Below are positions 27,016 to 40,248 of a stretch of 64,000 nucleotides of DNA, piece after piece (the stretch's first letter is position 1; each line of letters opens with the position of its first letter). The translations under genes were made by a program, and so were the position numbers. Location: assembly GCF_009914755.1 (NCBI RefSeq), contig NC_060926.1, one strand, 5' to 3'. This stretch comes from the human T2T-CHM13v2.0 reference genome, Homo sapiens. The notes beneath the pieces are model-generated. The model ran no database searches, was not told the DNA's origin, and was given only the letters and a program-made list of their open reading frames with translations.

Positions 27016-28141
27016 CTAAATGTATATCCTATGTATAGTAGGGTATACCTTTAGTACTGTGTTGAAGCACTATCATATTTCCCTCACTAATAATTTGAGC
27101 ATTCATGAAAAGCATTATTAAAGTAGCAACTAGTACTCAGTGGGTGTTAACAGAGCAAGACCTGTTTTCCATAGTTGCTACCGAATTAGTAAAATATTTA
27201 ATCTATCTCCAAAAAACACATAAAAATATATAAAATTTTGACTTGATGATCCCCCCAAATATGTCTGTTTTGGCACTATCAATGTCCAATGAGACTTCTT
27301 AGCACTTAGGAGCCCCAGGAGACACTATTTGAGGCTATTTTGCCTGTCTTCAGATTTCAGTCTAGCACTCTCACCTGCTACAGGAAATCCTGAAGAAAAG
27401 GGAAGATGTCTCCAATGATGATTAATATCACTGACATGAATTCCTGAAGCTAACTGCTGCTGAAAGAGTGGCCAGGAGTAACCTCTCTAGTGTAAAAGCA
27501 ATAGTGTGTTCATATTCCAATCTTTAAGTTAACGTTCATTTGGAAGTAATATTCCCAAAAAAGGATCAGTTAGTCATTCACTGTCCACTGTTGGTTTTAA
27601 TAATAAATGCAGCATAATGAGAAAAAATTACTACTGCTTTGAAGCACTGTCACATTTTCCTCAGTAATAATTTGAGAATTCACTGAAAATGCTATTAAAT
27701 AAGCTACAACTATTGCTTAATTGACAATAATACTTCATTTATCCAATATTACTCAAAAATACTGCATTCCACTTAAGATTTGTCAAGTAACTGAGGCTTA
27801 GCCTTCTAATCAGCCAATGTCATTGGTAATAAACATCTTTATGAAGTGAAAAGAAGAGTTGTCTGACATCTTGAACCACAGAAGCAACCAATTGTGTTTA
27901 TTTGATGAAGGAACAGGTTTATCTTACCTATTATCACAGCAGCAGTTTTGTTGCATGCTGCATAGTGAGACATGGAGGTCCTGTGGAGCTGTGCAATCTT
28001 TCTTGCTTCTGCACTATGTCACTCTAGATGTTTCTGGCTATTGGCTTTCAATGACTGCTTTTGTACAAAAATTTACTTTTTCATCTATTTTAATGTCTAT
28101 GATGAGATACTGATAATACCTTTATATAACCTGAGGGATGT

Positions 28142-28517
28142 TGTATTAGTCTGTTTTCACACTGCTATAAAGAGATACCTGAGACTGGGTAATTTATAAA
28201 GAAAAGAGGTTTAATTGACTCACAGGTTCACATGGCTGGGGATGCCTCAGGAAACATACAATCGTAATGGAAGAGGAAGCAGTCAGCTTTTTCACAAGGT
28301 GACAGGAGAGAGAAGAGCAAAAGAGGAACTTCCAAACATTTATAAAACCATGAGATCTCCTGAGAACTTACTCTCAGGAGAACAGTATGGGGAAAACCAC
28401 ACCCATGATCCAATCACCTCCCTCCCTCAACACATGGGGATTACTGGTCCTTCCCTTGACACATGGGAATTACAATTTGGATGAGATTTGGGTGGGACAC
28501 AGAGCTAAACTACATCA
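28142..28517 (-). mobile_element. THE1D/MSTA-type solo LTR
   Basis: TGTATTAGTC...ACTACATCA with TSD GATGT/GATAT; contains an internal duplication of ACACATGGG(G/A)ATTAC. Confidence 0.88.
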
Positions 28518-29040
28518 GATATGTCACAATAAGAGTAAAATTCCAATCCTTTCTGGCTTTCTAGTTGTGAGAAAGTCTCTTATTTTTCAACATGAGTGAG
28601 TTTGGGAAGGAAGATCTGGTATCCTTGCAGCTAAAAATGTGTGTATGTATGTTAATAGAGGTCCAAAAAAGAGTATTATGACATCAGAAAGATTTTTAAC
28701 ATTATTCAAAGCAGTAATAGGGAGCTAGGTGAGAGGCGGGATCAGACAGGCAATCATCAACAACATACTCTGAATTTAAGAATGACCACCACACAGTAAG
28801 AGAACTGGAATTTGGAGGAGAACTTCAGCTCTGTGGGTTCTGTGTCTCCCTGATAAACCTACCCTACTCCTCAGCAAACACACAAATGAATTAGAACATT
28901 AATAAATGTAGTGCCTTAGGCTAGAACTCTGGAAGCCACGGATTATATAATCAGAATTTTTTTCAGTAGTTCACATGAATTCAGATTCCATTTCTAAGAT
29001 AGAATCTTATTTAGGGGACAAATTTAAATATATTGTAGTT

Positions 29041-29338
29041 TGTTTGTTTTTTTTCTTGAGACAGAGTCTCGCTCTGTCTCTCAGACCGGAGTGCAGTGGC
29101 ACAATTTCGGCTCACTGCAACCTCCGCCTCCCGGGTTCAAGCAATTCTCTGCCTCAGCCTCCCGAGTAGCTGGGATTTCAGGCACCCGCTACCAAGCCTG
29201 GCTAATTTTTTTGTAATTTTAGTAGAGAAGAGGTTTCAACATCTTGGCCAGGCTGGTCTTGAACTCCTGACCTCATTATCCACCCGCCTCGGCCTCCCAA
29301 AGTGCTGAGATTACAGGCGAGAGCCACCGCGCCAGGCC
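29041..29338 (-). mobile_element. AluSg-type (AluSg7-like)
   Basis: CAATTCTCTGCCTCAGCC and CATCTTGGCCAGG; TSD TATTGTAG. Confidence 0.92.
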
Positions 29339-29729
29339 TATTGTAGATTTTTGAAACCACAGAAGATCCTATTGTGTTTTAGTCCAAGACTGGATAAGGG
29401 AGGTGAGAATCCACAGCAATTTTTGTGAATAGTGTTTTCTTGATCAGAAGTGTCAGAGAGCTTATTTTGGAAAACATGATTTTTGAAAGAGATGAGACTA
29501 AAGAGAAAAATGGGTGATAAAATATATCAATTTTAATTTGCTTTTTAATTTTTTTAATGTTTTAAATACTGAATTACAAATAATTTATTAGAAATGTGTT
29601 CCTATTTTAGTATCCCAGCTAGTCTTAGCCAGTCAATTTTTGCTTTTGTAGTAATAGAGATATAAAGAATCAAAACTACCCTACTATTTGTATAAATGTG
29701 TTTTATAGATTATTGGTACAAGAAATAAC

Positions 29730-29870
29730 TAATATGCTACTTAAAAATGTTGATATTTCTGCCTGTCTCCCATAGATTGGTATTCAGTAGCTGGGTAATA
29801 ACCCAAAAAATGTATGTGTTTAATAAACAACCCAGTGTGATTTTTGTGGATTGAAATTAGAGAGTCACTT
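29730..29870 (+). mobile_element. MER5-type DNA transposon relic
   Basis: TTAAAAATG...ATTCAGTAGCTGGG...ACCCAAAAAATGTATGTGTTTAATAAACAACCCAG. Confidence 0.45.
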
Positions 29871-30819
29871 AACTGTATTTTGTAATTGGTGATATTTAAC
29901 TGAACCAGATGAAGAATTTATTCTTACCATCTCAGAGAAGAGGTTTGATATGTAATTATATGATGCAGATAGGTAATGAGAAAGTATTTTAATTTCCTTA
30001 GGAAATTTTCGATTGGATATTTTAGCACCATTTAAATGGAAAATGGATGCTGTTAATTTCAAATAGGTCTCATCTAGTTATTGAAGGTGATCCAGCTGAA
30101 TCTCTAATTATAAAATGCTTGATAGCAGTTAATTAAACTGAGTGTGTAAAAGAAATAAAATGGTATATAGTTGGAAATTATAAATCATGATTGTCATGAT
30201 TTGAGTCAAATTTTTCCAAATCTGTTCTAATTAATAAGGTTATAAAAATGAGAAAATGCCTCCAATATGTTCCCTTTATCTAGAGATTTCAAGGCATCAA
30301 ATTTTACACATAATATATAAAATTTATATCGTATCAATTTTAATATAACTTAATTTATATGTATATTTCAGTTTTACATCTCAGCATGCATCCAAATGTC
30401 TTATTCTCCTTCTGTAGTATAAACTCAGGTTTTTAAAAATATATATATTTAATGCATTTAATATGTTATTCTTGTGGTGTTACTGAAGATAATTTAAAAG
30501 ATAATAGGGGAAATTATCCCTGAGTAATTACTATATAATATTTTCTTATCTGCCATAAATAGAGAAAAATGGGGTGGGAGATTCAAAACCTCAAAAAACT
30601 CAAAATTAGAGTAGATGTATGGCAAGATATTCTGTGTAACTATTTTCTATATTTCATATAATTGATTATTACATTCACACTCACATGAAATAAAACACTC
30701 CTTACCAATGAATTCGTGAATTTCTGTAGAAGCATGTAAAAAAATCAGGAAAGAAAGAATAAAAGCTACATTTAAATACTTGCACCTTTATTGTAGTTTT
30801 ATGTTTGTTTCTATACATT

Positions 30820-31325
30820 TGTGTCAAGTTTCACCAAGGTTTGGTAAGGGAAACAAAAAAATACATTAAGCATTTCAACAGAAGACACTTTATATAAGGT
30901 ATCTAATCCTTTTTTGTAAAATATGGCTCAAACCTTTATTGATGGGGCTTTGTAAGGCTGTTGCTGGTACCTGGCTGGGAGTAGTGGGAGGGAGGGATAG
31001 GGTGTTGATGAGACTCTTTATAGGAACTCTTAAAAAGGCTAACATCTACAACCAACTGTCTCTGCTAGGTGAAGTGTAGTTGGCTGAAACAAACTTCTAC
31101 TAGTGAGAGAAACTCTCCCTGCAGATGCTATGCTGAAGAGAAAGTACAGTTGCTTCTTCCTGCCTGCCTTCCAGTCCTCTATGCCCTCTGTTGACAAAAA
31201 TTAACTGGAAGCCAGATGGCAAAGGTGTCTGGGGAATGTAGTTTGCAGAGTTCAGTCACAGCACCATAGATCACAAAAGAGTGAGTTTGAAACTAAAGGA
31301 AAATAAGTAGTAGCTAATGTATGTT
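30820..31325 (-). mobile_element. Old ERVL-class LTR (LTR41/LTR50-related)
   Basis: GGAAGCCAGATGGCAAAGGTGTCTGGGGAATGTAGTTTGCAGAG...GAGTTTGAAACT motif shared by these LTR families. Confidence 0.55.
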
Positions 31326-32484
31326 GTCTCCATAAATGTTCAAAAGGACACCATTATATATTTGTGATCATCCTTATGTAAGTGTCCTGAGATAAAAAAA
31401 TAAATAAAAGGCCAGTTAGAGACAGATGAACATGTAGAAGATTTTATACTTCCTGCAAAAAGGCAAGAATAAATTCTTACTTTAACACTGGCCACATTTT
31501 TCCTTACGGTTACCTGACTGCACCCCTACCCCACATTAAAATGTGAGTTTTCTATGTGATCTTAATATTCCTGGTGCATAGCATGTCTGGGATACGTTAA
31601 GTGTCAGGAAATGTTGAATGAAATGAGGACATGGATTAACTCAGAATGTCATCTCAGGTTTGAAGATAATAATAGCATATCTTTTCATAACACTAAAGGA
31701 ATGAAATTTTCTGCTGTTCCTTCCTAGCTTCTACTTTTAACTAAAATGAAAAGAACACTCTTCCAATTAAATATTAAAAGAATTCAAAAATATTGCAAGT
31801 AACGTTTAGCCAAAATGAGAAGACTAAGGATAAAAATGTAGAAACTTTTTGTGCTAATTACTTTTGATTATATAACATTGAAAACAAATTGCTTATTTTA
31901 AATTTAGTAACAGAATTCTTTATATCTGCATGTCCACCTATATGCAAAACATGGTGTTTATTGTGCAGGTTAATTAGTTCTTTGTTACTTTTCTCCCAAG
32001 CAGTTACAGTCCCATTTTTTTCTTTTCTATTACATTTGACTCCTAAGTCACTCTGCAAAGAAAACTTTATGCCTCCTCCCACAATTTTCACATTGAAACA
32101 ATCTTCACTACCACCATATTTTTCTTTATTTTTTTTCTTACTGTGACTTGACTCTACGGTAAGCATGAACTCATCCAGTTTGAGTTTGAAACCAGTGACT
32201 TGTCTTGAACTTTAGAGCTCTATGTTCTAACTGTGTACCATAGAATCTCAATTGGGAATTCTGTTTGCTTCTTTTTGACTAAAATTGACAGGCGTAAAGG
32301 AAACAATATTAAATAAGTTGATAAATCTATCCTGCCTCTGTTGTCCTAGTGATTTGTCTTTCTGATGTTATAGTCAAACATTATTAAGGCATATAAAGAA
32401 CACAGATAAATGGGTTTTAAATATATTTTGTGTAAGATTGATCCTTACCTTTGCTCATATGGAATATTTGAGGTAGCACTGAAA

Positions 32485-33325
32485 CTTTCAGTTACTATGG
32501 CTGCAAAGTTACTCTAGAACTTAGCAGCATACAGCAAATACTCATTAGGTTCACAGATTCTGTGGGTCAAGTGTTTAGGTATCCACATCAGTGAAAGATG
32601 TCCCTGATTTACAACATCTGTAACCTCAGTTGGTATACACAAACTACCGGGGCTGGAAGAGCTAAAGTCTGAGGGCATCTTTCTCTTTCCTTATATAGGC
32701 TTTCCAAGTGATCTCTCCGGTACGGCAACAACTAGAAGCCATATGTTTTCTATAACCTAATTTCATATGCCCTGCCTACAAGCATAGATTCTACCTCTTA
32801 ATGGACAAGTGTCAACATCATGTTTTAGTAGGTCCCATGGTTTCAGTATCCCCTCCAAAACTCATGTTGAGACTTAATTGTCCACGAGGCATTATTGAGA
32901 GGTGTGACCTTTAAGAGATCTTTAAATTGTGTGGGCTTTACCCTCATGAATAGATCAATCCATTCATGGATTAATGATTAACAGGTCTGTGAATTAACAG
33001 GTTATCATGAGAGAGGAACTGGTGGCTTTATAAGAAAAGAAAGAGAGACCTGAGTTAGCGTGTTAACACTCTCATCCCCCTTGCCATGTAATGACATGTG
33101 CCATCTTAGATGCTGCAGATAATTTTTACCAAAAAAAGCTCTCTCTAGATGTGCTCAACTTTGGAATTCCTAGCCTCCTTAACTGTAAGAAATACATTCT
33201 TTTTCTTATAAATTACCCAGTTTCTATTGTTCTGTTGTAAGCAATAGAAAACAGACTAAGACAGAGGGCTTGAAAGATGAGATATATATTGGAGTGGCCA
33301 TTGTTGGAAAATACAATCTGCCACG
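32485..33325 (-). mobile_element. MLT1 LTR interrupted by an MST
   Basis: TCACAGATTCTGTGGGTCAAG...ATAGATTCTACCTCTTAATGG; resumes after the MST as GGCCATTGTTGGAAAATACAATCTGCCAC. Confidence 0.65.
32833..33263 (+). mobile_element. MSTB/MSTC solo LTR
   Basis: CATGGTTT...CCCCTCCAAAACTCATGTTGAGACTTAAT...TTATAAATTACCCAGT...AACAGACTAAGACA. Confidence 0.85.
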
Positions 33326-33697
33326 GAAACTAATAATATTATCTGCTTATATGAGCCAGATACTATTCTAGTTCTCCAAAGATTCATCACACTAAAAAAA
33401 TTATGTATAGTAGTTGTTAATAGCACCTTTTATGATATGGGGAAGCTATGATTTAGAAATGTTAGGAATTTTTTACAATGATCAATTCATTTCTAATGCA
33501 TTTATTAAGCTATTTGTTTGGTTTATTGGCAGTATTTTAAAAGCCTCTCTATTTGTCACATGCTGTACAAAGTATATAACAGAAACTCAGTCTACAAGAA
33601 ACTTAAAATATAGTGAAAAAGATAAATTCCCAAAGATTGTTCTTATGAAATGTAATGTACTTTTCATTAAAGAGGTAGACAAGGTACTCTGGATTAA

Positions 33698-33990
<293 letters not shown>

Positions 33991-34901
33991 ATTACTGGCT
34001 AAATTTAAAAGGTTGAACTGAACTTAGCCAGTTAGAGTAATAGAAAGAAGAACATAAGGAAGGAAGGATAAAAGGTAAGATAGCTCATTCTAAACAGATT
34101 GGACCAAATCAGAAAGACTTGGTGGGAGGAAGTAGGAAGCATGTCAAGTTTCAGTAACCCTAAAGTGATATGTACAGCAAGAATGGACAGAAGGGAGCAA
34201 GAGAGGAAGACAGTGTTAAGATCTTCAACAGGCAGATGAGGGAGACAGACTTCATCCTGTAGGCTGTTAGGCAGGGAACAGAGGATTTTGAAAGAAGTGT
34301 GGTGACATCAGATTTGTAATTCAGACAGATCCCTGTAATTTATATGTGGATAATGAGTTTAAAAGAGAAGGAAATGGGCAGGGGATAGGGAAGAGGCTGG
34401 TAGAGCATGTGAGATCAATGTTTGTGCATTTTGGGTATGCATGTGCATGCCTGTATGTGTGTGCATGGGTGTGTGTGTGAGAGATGGGAGATATAAGTGA
34501 CAGTTATGTAGAACATAGAGGAAACATTGCTGATTCATGGAGACAGAGGTAATTTTAGAAATACATTTCTACCTACTCTGTGATAAGGACTGTGTTGTTT
34601 GAGCCAGGGCACAGTGGTGAGCTCAACAGGAGCACTGAGAGAAGCTTGGCATAAGTCCATCAAATCCTGTTCTACAAGGTGAAGAGGACAGACATCAGTA
34701 GACTGAGAGACTAGAAAATGAGAAGAGAATGTCATGAATACTGACACTTCTTTTGTATAAAAGGCAATGCCTTATGTCTGTGGGTCTGTGAAGAACTGCC
34801 TCAAAAATTGGCACATTATGAGAGGCTATAAATCTGCCACCGACACCCACCCTCCCAGAGTGAGAAGTGTCTTGACTGTTAACTCTCTGGCACTTCTAGT
34901 T

Positions 34902-34921
34902 TGCCCTACAAGGGGGCAGAT
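34902..34921 (+). promoter_or_regulatory. Candidate CTCF core motif
   Basis: CTACAAGGGGGCAG against the core CCACCAGGGGGCAG (2 mismatches), in apparently non-repetitive, locally GC-richer sequence. Motif only. Confidence 0.35.
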
Positions 34922-36049
34922 CACACTTCAGTTGCAGATTTGCCTGTATGCAATATCTCTGGAAGGTGCTGGCATTCCTGACAACTTCAGCAGGTGACCC
35001 TGTGGAAGGCTGCAAGGCTGGAGGCACAGAAGCAACCATGTCTGACTTAGATGGAGAAGGCTAGGGCAACTGCTACTCAGGTGTTCAAGAGGACATTTTT
35101 AAAAAAATAACTTGTTTGTGTGGGTTTGTCTTTTAGGAGAAATAAAAGAAAAAAAAGGTGTCTAAAGTGAGAAAAGTGCCTGAACTCTTTCTCGGTAGAC
35201 AGGGTCTCAGATATGAGTAGGCTTGGATTTAGGATGCTGGGGCTAGGGAAAGAAGTGATTGAGCTGGCCCAGAAAACTGGAGCAAAAAATCAGGTGGAAT
35301 TTAATATATAAGGTCTAGGGGCAAAGACTTTATAAATTAAGCTTTAATACAAAGGTACAGAAGAGAATAAGGGGGAAAACCTGATACAAGAGTGTAACCG
35401 GGGAAAACACATTAAAGCAAACCACTTCTGCAGAGAAGAGAGAATGGAGACAGTGACGAGGGAGGTCCTACAAGGTCATGGGCACAATCAGGAAGGCATT
35501 TACCATTTTCCTTTAAAGACTCTGTACTAAGAGTCTTTTACAACTCTGGTTGTAAATACAACATATATTCCTATCAATAAATCAAGTAATTCAAAACAGT
35601 TCTGTTGTTTAACTTGTTCCTCTGGGAGACGCATGTAAATTTAGATTCATTTTCAATTTTGTAGGCAAAGACATTATTGGGGATGCTGCATACTTCCTAT
35701 TGCATCATATAATGAGGCTTGTAATGCTTTAGAAGGGAAATACTCTGATGTGTCTCTTGTCCCTCTCCTTGTTACATTGTATTACTTATAATGTAAGAAT
35801 TACCACAACAATCTTCCTCATCATTTACATAAACTCCCAGTGGGATTCTGAGTCATTCAGCTTGGAATTTACATTTAAAATTTGGGAGTTATGCCATGTT
35901 GAATTTTTTATCAGCATTTGTATTTTACCACATATTTTTATGAGAAAAGATTATTGAGTGTAATATCATAGCATGTCATCTGTTGAGAAGGCCTTTTTCC
36001 TTTTACCTCTTAATATGATGTGTTCTAATAAAATAATTCCTAAAATTGA

Positions 36050-36404
<355 letters not shown>

Positions 36405-36942
36405 TCATGATTATAATTTTAAGAATGTATTCTGCTATTATTTTAATGTAATGCATGCCAGCACTTCTATGACTTTTTCTGGTTTTATTTATAGTTCCCT
36501 ATGTAATACAATGAGGTTTTGTAAAAATATTCCAGATCTTTATTTTTATTTGCCATATAACAATTTCAGTAAAGGAATTATCTGCTTATTTGGAAATCTG
36601 AGACAATTTCCTGCTAAATTTATGCTATCTGGAATTTATTTTAGTAGGTTTTTAATGAATACAATACTGTTTTATTTTCTTAAGATTATTCATCTACTAT
36701 TTTGCTATGTCTTCTCAAACTAGTAAGTGTGATTCATTGTGGGCTATAGAGGTGCTGAATATTTAAGAAGAAAACAACTCGCATTCAAATAATGCATTTA
36801 GAGAAAGGTAAGGAAAAATTTCACAGAAGGACATGGTGAGGGTGAGTGCATTTTCCAGGAAGAGTTGAAAGAAGATCTGTAAGAAAACAAAATAAAACAT
36901 ATTTTTCTCCTTAGTTTTGAGCAGGAATAATCAGGTATACCA

Positions 36943-37081
36943 GTAAATCAAGATAGAGACCAGAAATAGAACAAGGATATATGTGATTATGTCATTTCCA
37001 CAGGAAATGGTGTAAAATCAAGATAGAGACCTAAAATAGAGCAAAGATACGTGTGACTATGTCATTTCCACAAGAAACGGT
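36943..37081 (+). repeat. Head-to-tail duplication of a ~70-bp unique unit
   Basis: GTAAATCAAGATAGAGACC...ATGTCATTTCCACA(G/A)GAAA(T/C)GGT twice, at 36943-37011 and 37012-37081. Confidence 0.9.
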
Positions 37082-38004
37082 ATAATGTTCTCCATCCTTC
37101 TGCCCTCCACTGCAGCCCCAAGCCCTCTACAATATGACATTTCCTAAATATTGGCACTGCATTGAAGACTCAGGTCAAGTTTTCTTTCACACAGTCTGGC
37201 AACATTGTATTGCTCTGTTGAATAGATAAATTTTAGATAGCTCTTTGCTTGATTATTTTATCTGAAAAAATGTTTACTTCCATTTGAGTTGATTTCTGAA
37301 AGGGAGGTTGGGAATCCAGCCTTTTATGCCACCTTTCACAAACTGGAGGGCAATCTTTTTATAGAGCTTGTAACCCTTGGCCGTGAAGGCAGGAAGCTCT
37401 CAAGTAGGCTTAGGAAGTAATGAGCGTATAGGTGAGAGATGGGCAGGAACAAAGAAATGAACTCTCATGAGTCCAGATGGCATGGGGTGAAGGGCTAAGT
37501 GGAGAGACAGGATTAGAGTTTTAGATGGTAAATATGATGCTTCTCCATTTTTTTCTGGAAAAATTTTTAATTTTTCCCATTTGATTTTGGATATCCTCTT
37601 CTATGTGGGTGGGGCAATATAGATGATCACTGTTAATGTCCTCAATTTTCTACAAAGTTGTAAGAAAGTAGTCTATTTAGAGTGAATGGAGACAGATTGG
37701 AGGTGCAGTGCTAAGATTTTAGAAAGTATTGAGAATATTGGGGAAAAAAAACCAATGAGCAGAATAATTTCAAGAATTGTCAAGAAAAGCTAAAAGCTGT
37801 CCTGAATTTGGAGACATTTAATTCATAGCAGTTCCAATTTATCTATTTCTTTTTTTTTGTTTACTTGTTTTTGTTTCTTTGTTGTTTTCACTTTTGGTAT
37901 TAGTTCAATGAGTTGATATGGGTAAAGAGAGAAAAAAGTGGTTTTGAAGAAATGAATTTACAAAGTTAGAAAGCACCCAAGGAAAAAGTTACTTTTTTGG
38001 TACC

Positions 38005-40248
38005 TGATATGGTTTGGCTCTGTGTCCCCACCTAAATCTCATCTTGTAACTCCCATAATTCCCACATGTTGTGGGAGCCACCTAGTGGGAGATTAAATTA
38101 TGGAGGTAGGTCTTTCTTGTGCCGTTCTTACGATAGTAAAAGGGTCTCACCAGATCTTATGGTTTTAAAAAATGAGAGTTGTCCTACACAAGCTATCTCT
38201 TTGCCTGCCACCATCCATGTAATTAATATGTGACTTGTTCCTCCTTGCCTTCCACAATGATTGTGAGTCTTCCCCAGCCATGTGGAATTGTGAGTCCCAT
38301 TAAACCTCTTTCTTTTGTAAATTGCCCAGTCTCGGGTATGTCTTTATCAGCAGCATGAAAACAGACTAATACAGTAAATTGGTACTGGGAGTGGGGCATT
38401 GCTGAAAAGATGCCTGAAAATGTGGAAGCAACTTTGGAACTGGATAACAGGCAGAGGTTGGAACACTTTGGAGGGCTCAGAAGAAAGAAAAATGTGGGAA
38501 AGTTTGGAACTGCCTAGAGACTCGTTGACTGGCTTTGACAAAAATGCTGATAGTGATATGAACAATAATGTCCAGGCTGAGGTGGTGTCAGATGGAGATG
38601 AGGAACTTGTTGGGAACTGGAGCAAAGGTGACGCTTGTTATTTTTAGCAAAGAAACTGGCCGCATTTTGCCTGTGCCCTAGAGATTTGTGGAACTTTGAA
38701 CTTGAGAGAGATGACTTAGGGTATCTGGCGAAAGAAATTTCTAAACAGCAAAGCTTTCAAAAGGTGACTTGGGTACTGGTAAAGGCATTCAGTTTTAAAA
38801 TGGAAAGAGAGCATAAGTTTGGAAAATTTTCAGTTTGACAATGTGATAGAAAAGAAAATCCCATTTTCTGAGAAGAAATTCAAGTGGGATGCAGAAATTT
38901 GCGTAAGTAATGAGGAGCAGGATGTTAATCACCAAGAAAATAGGGAAAATGTCTCCAGGGCATGTCAGAGACCTTCGCAGCAGCCCCTCCCATCACAGGC
39001 CCAGAGTTTTAAAAGGAAAAAGTGGTTTCATGGGCCAGGCCCAGGGTCCCTGTGCTGTGTGCAGCCTACGGACTTGGTGCCCTGTGTCCCAGCTGCTCCA
39101 GCCATGGCTGAAGGGGGCCAACACAGAGCTCAATCTGTGGCTTCAGAGGGTGCAAGCCTCAAACCTTGGCAGCTTTTACACAATGTTGAATCTGTGCATG
39201 AACAGAAGTCAGGAATTGAGGTTTGGAAACCCCCACCTAGATTTCAGAAGATGTATGAAAATGCCTGGATGCCCAGGCAGAGGTTTGCTGTAGGGGCAGG
39301 GTCCTCATGGAGAACCTCTGCTAGAGCAGTGCAGAAGAGAAATGTGGGGTTGGAGCCCCCCGCCCCCAGAGTTCCTACTGGGGCACTGCCTAGTGGAGCT
39401 GTGAGAAGAGGGCCACCACACTCCAGGCCCCGGAATGGTAGACCAACTGACACCTTGCACCATGTGCCTAGAAAAGCTGCAGACACTCAACCCCAGCTCA
39501 TGAGCTGCCCAATACTATGGGAACCAACCTCTTGCATCAGCGTGACCTGGGTGTGAGACATGGAATCAAAAAAGATCATTTTGGAACTTTAAGATTTGAC
39601 AGCCTGCTGGATTTCAGACTTGCATGGGGCCTACAGCCCCTTTGTTTTGGCCAATTTCTCCCATGTGGAATGGCCATATTTACCCAATGCCTGTATCCCC
39701 ATTGTATTTATGAAGTAACTAATTTGCTTTTGATTTTCTAGGCTCATAGGTGGAAGGGACTTACCTCGTCTTGGATGAGACTTTGGAGTGCGGACTTTTG
39801 AGTTAATGACTTTGAGGGACTGTTGGGAAGGCATGATTGGTTTTCAAATGTGAAGATATGAGATTTGGGAGGGGCCAGGGTTGGAATGATATGGTTTGGC
39901 TCTGTGTCCCCACCCAAATCTCGTCTTATAGCTCCCATGATTCCCACATTTGTGAGAGACCTGGTGGGAGATGATTGAATTAAGGAGGTGGGTCTTTGCC
40001 ATGCTGTTCTCGTGATATGAATGGGCCTAATGAGAAGTGATAGTTTTAAAACATGGAAGTTGCCCTGAACAAGCACTGTCTTTGTCTGCCACATTCTGCA
40101 TGAGATGTGATTTGCTTCTCCTTGCCTTCTGCTGTGATTGTGAGGTGTCCTCAGCCACGTGGAACTCTGAGTCCAATTAAACCTATCTCTTTTTAAATTT
40201 CCCAGTCTTGCGTATGTCTTTATCAGCAGTGTGAAACAGACTAATACA
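38005..40248 (+). mobile_element. Full THE1B MaLR element: 5' LTR 38005-38373, internal 38374-39886, 3' LTR 39887-40248
   Basis: Both LTRs run TGATATGGTTTGG...ACTAATACA; internal starts GTAAATTGGTAC; purine tract precedes the 3' LTR; 5-bp TSD GTACC. ORFs 38399-38647, 38635-38838 and 38819-39556 are frameshifted pieces of the MaLR internal ORF. Confidence 0.95.

Noticed and set aside
30182-30202. Hairpin AAATCATGA-TTG-TCATGATTT
   Set aside because: An isolated 9-bp AT-rich stem is expected by chance in 64 kb and has no supporting context.
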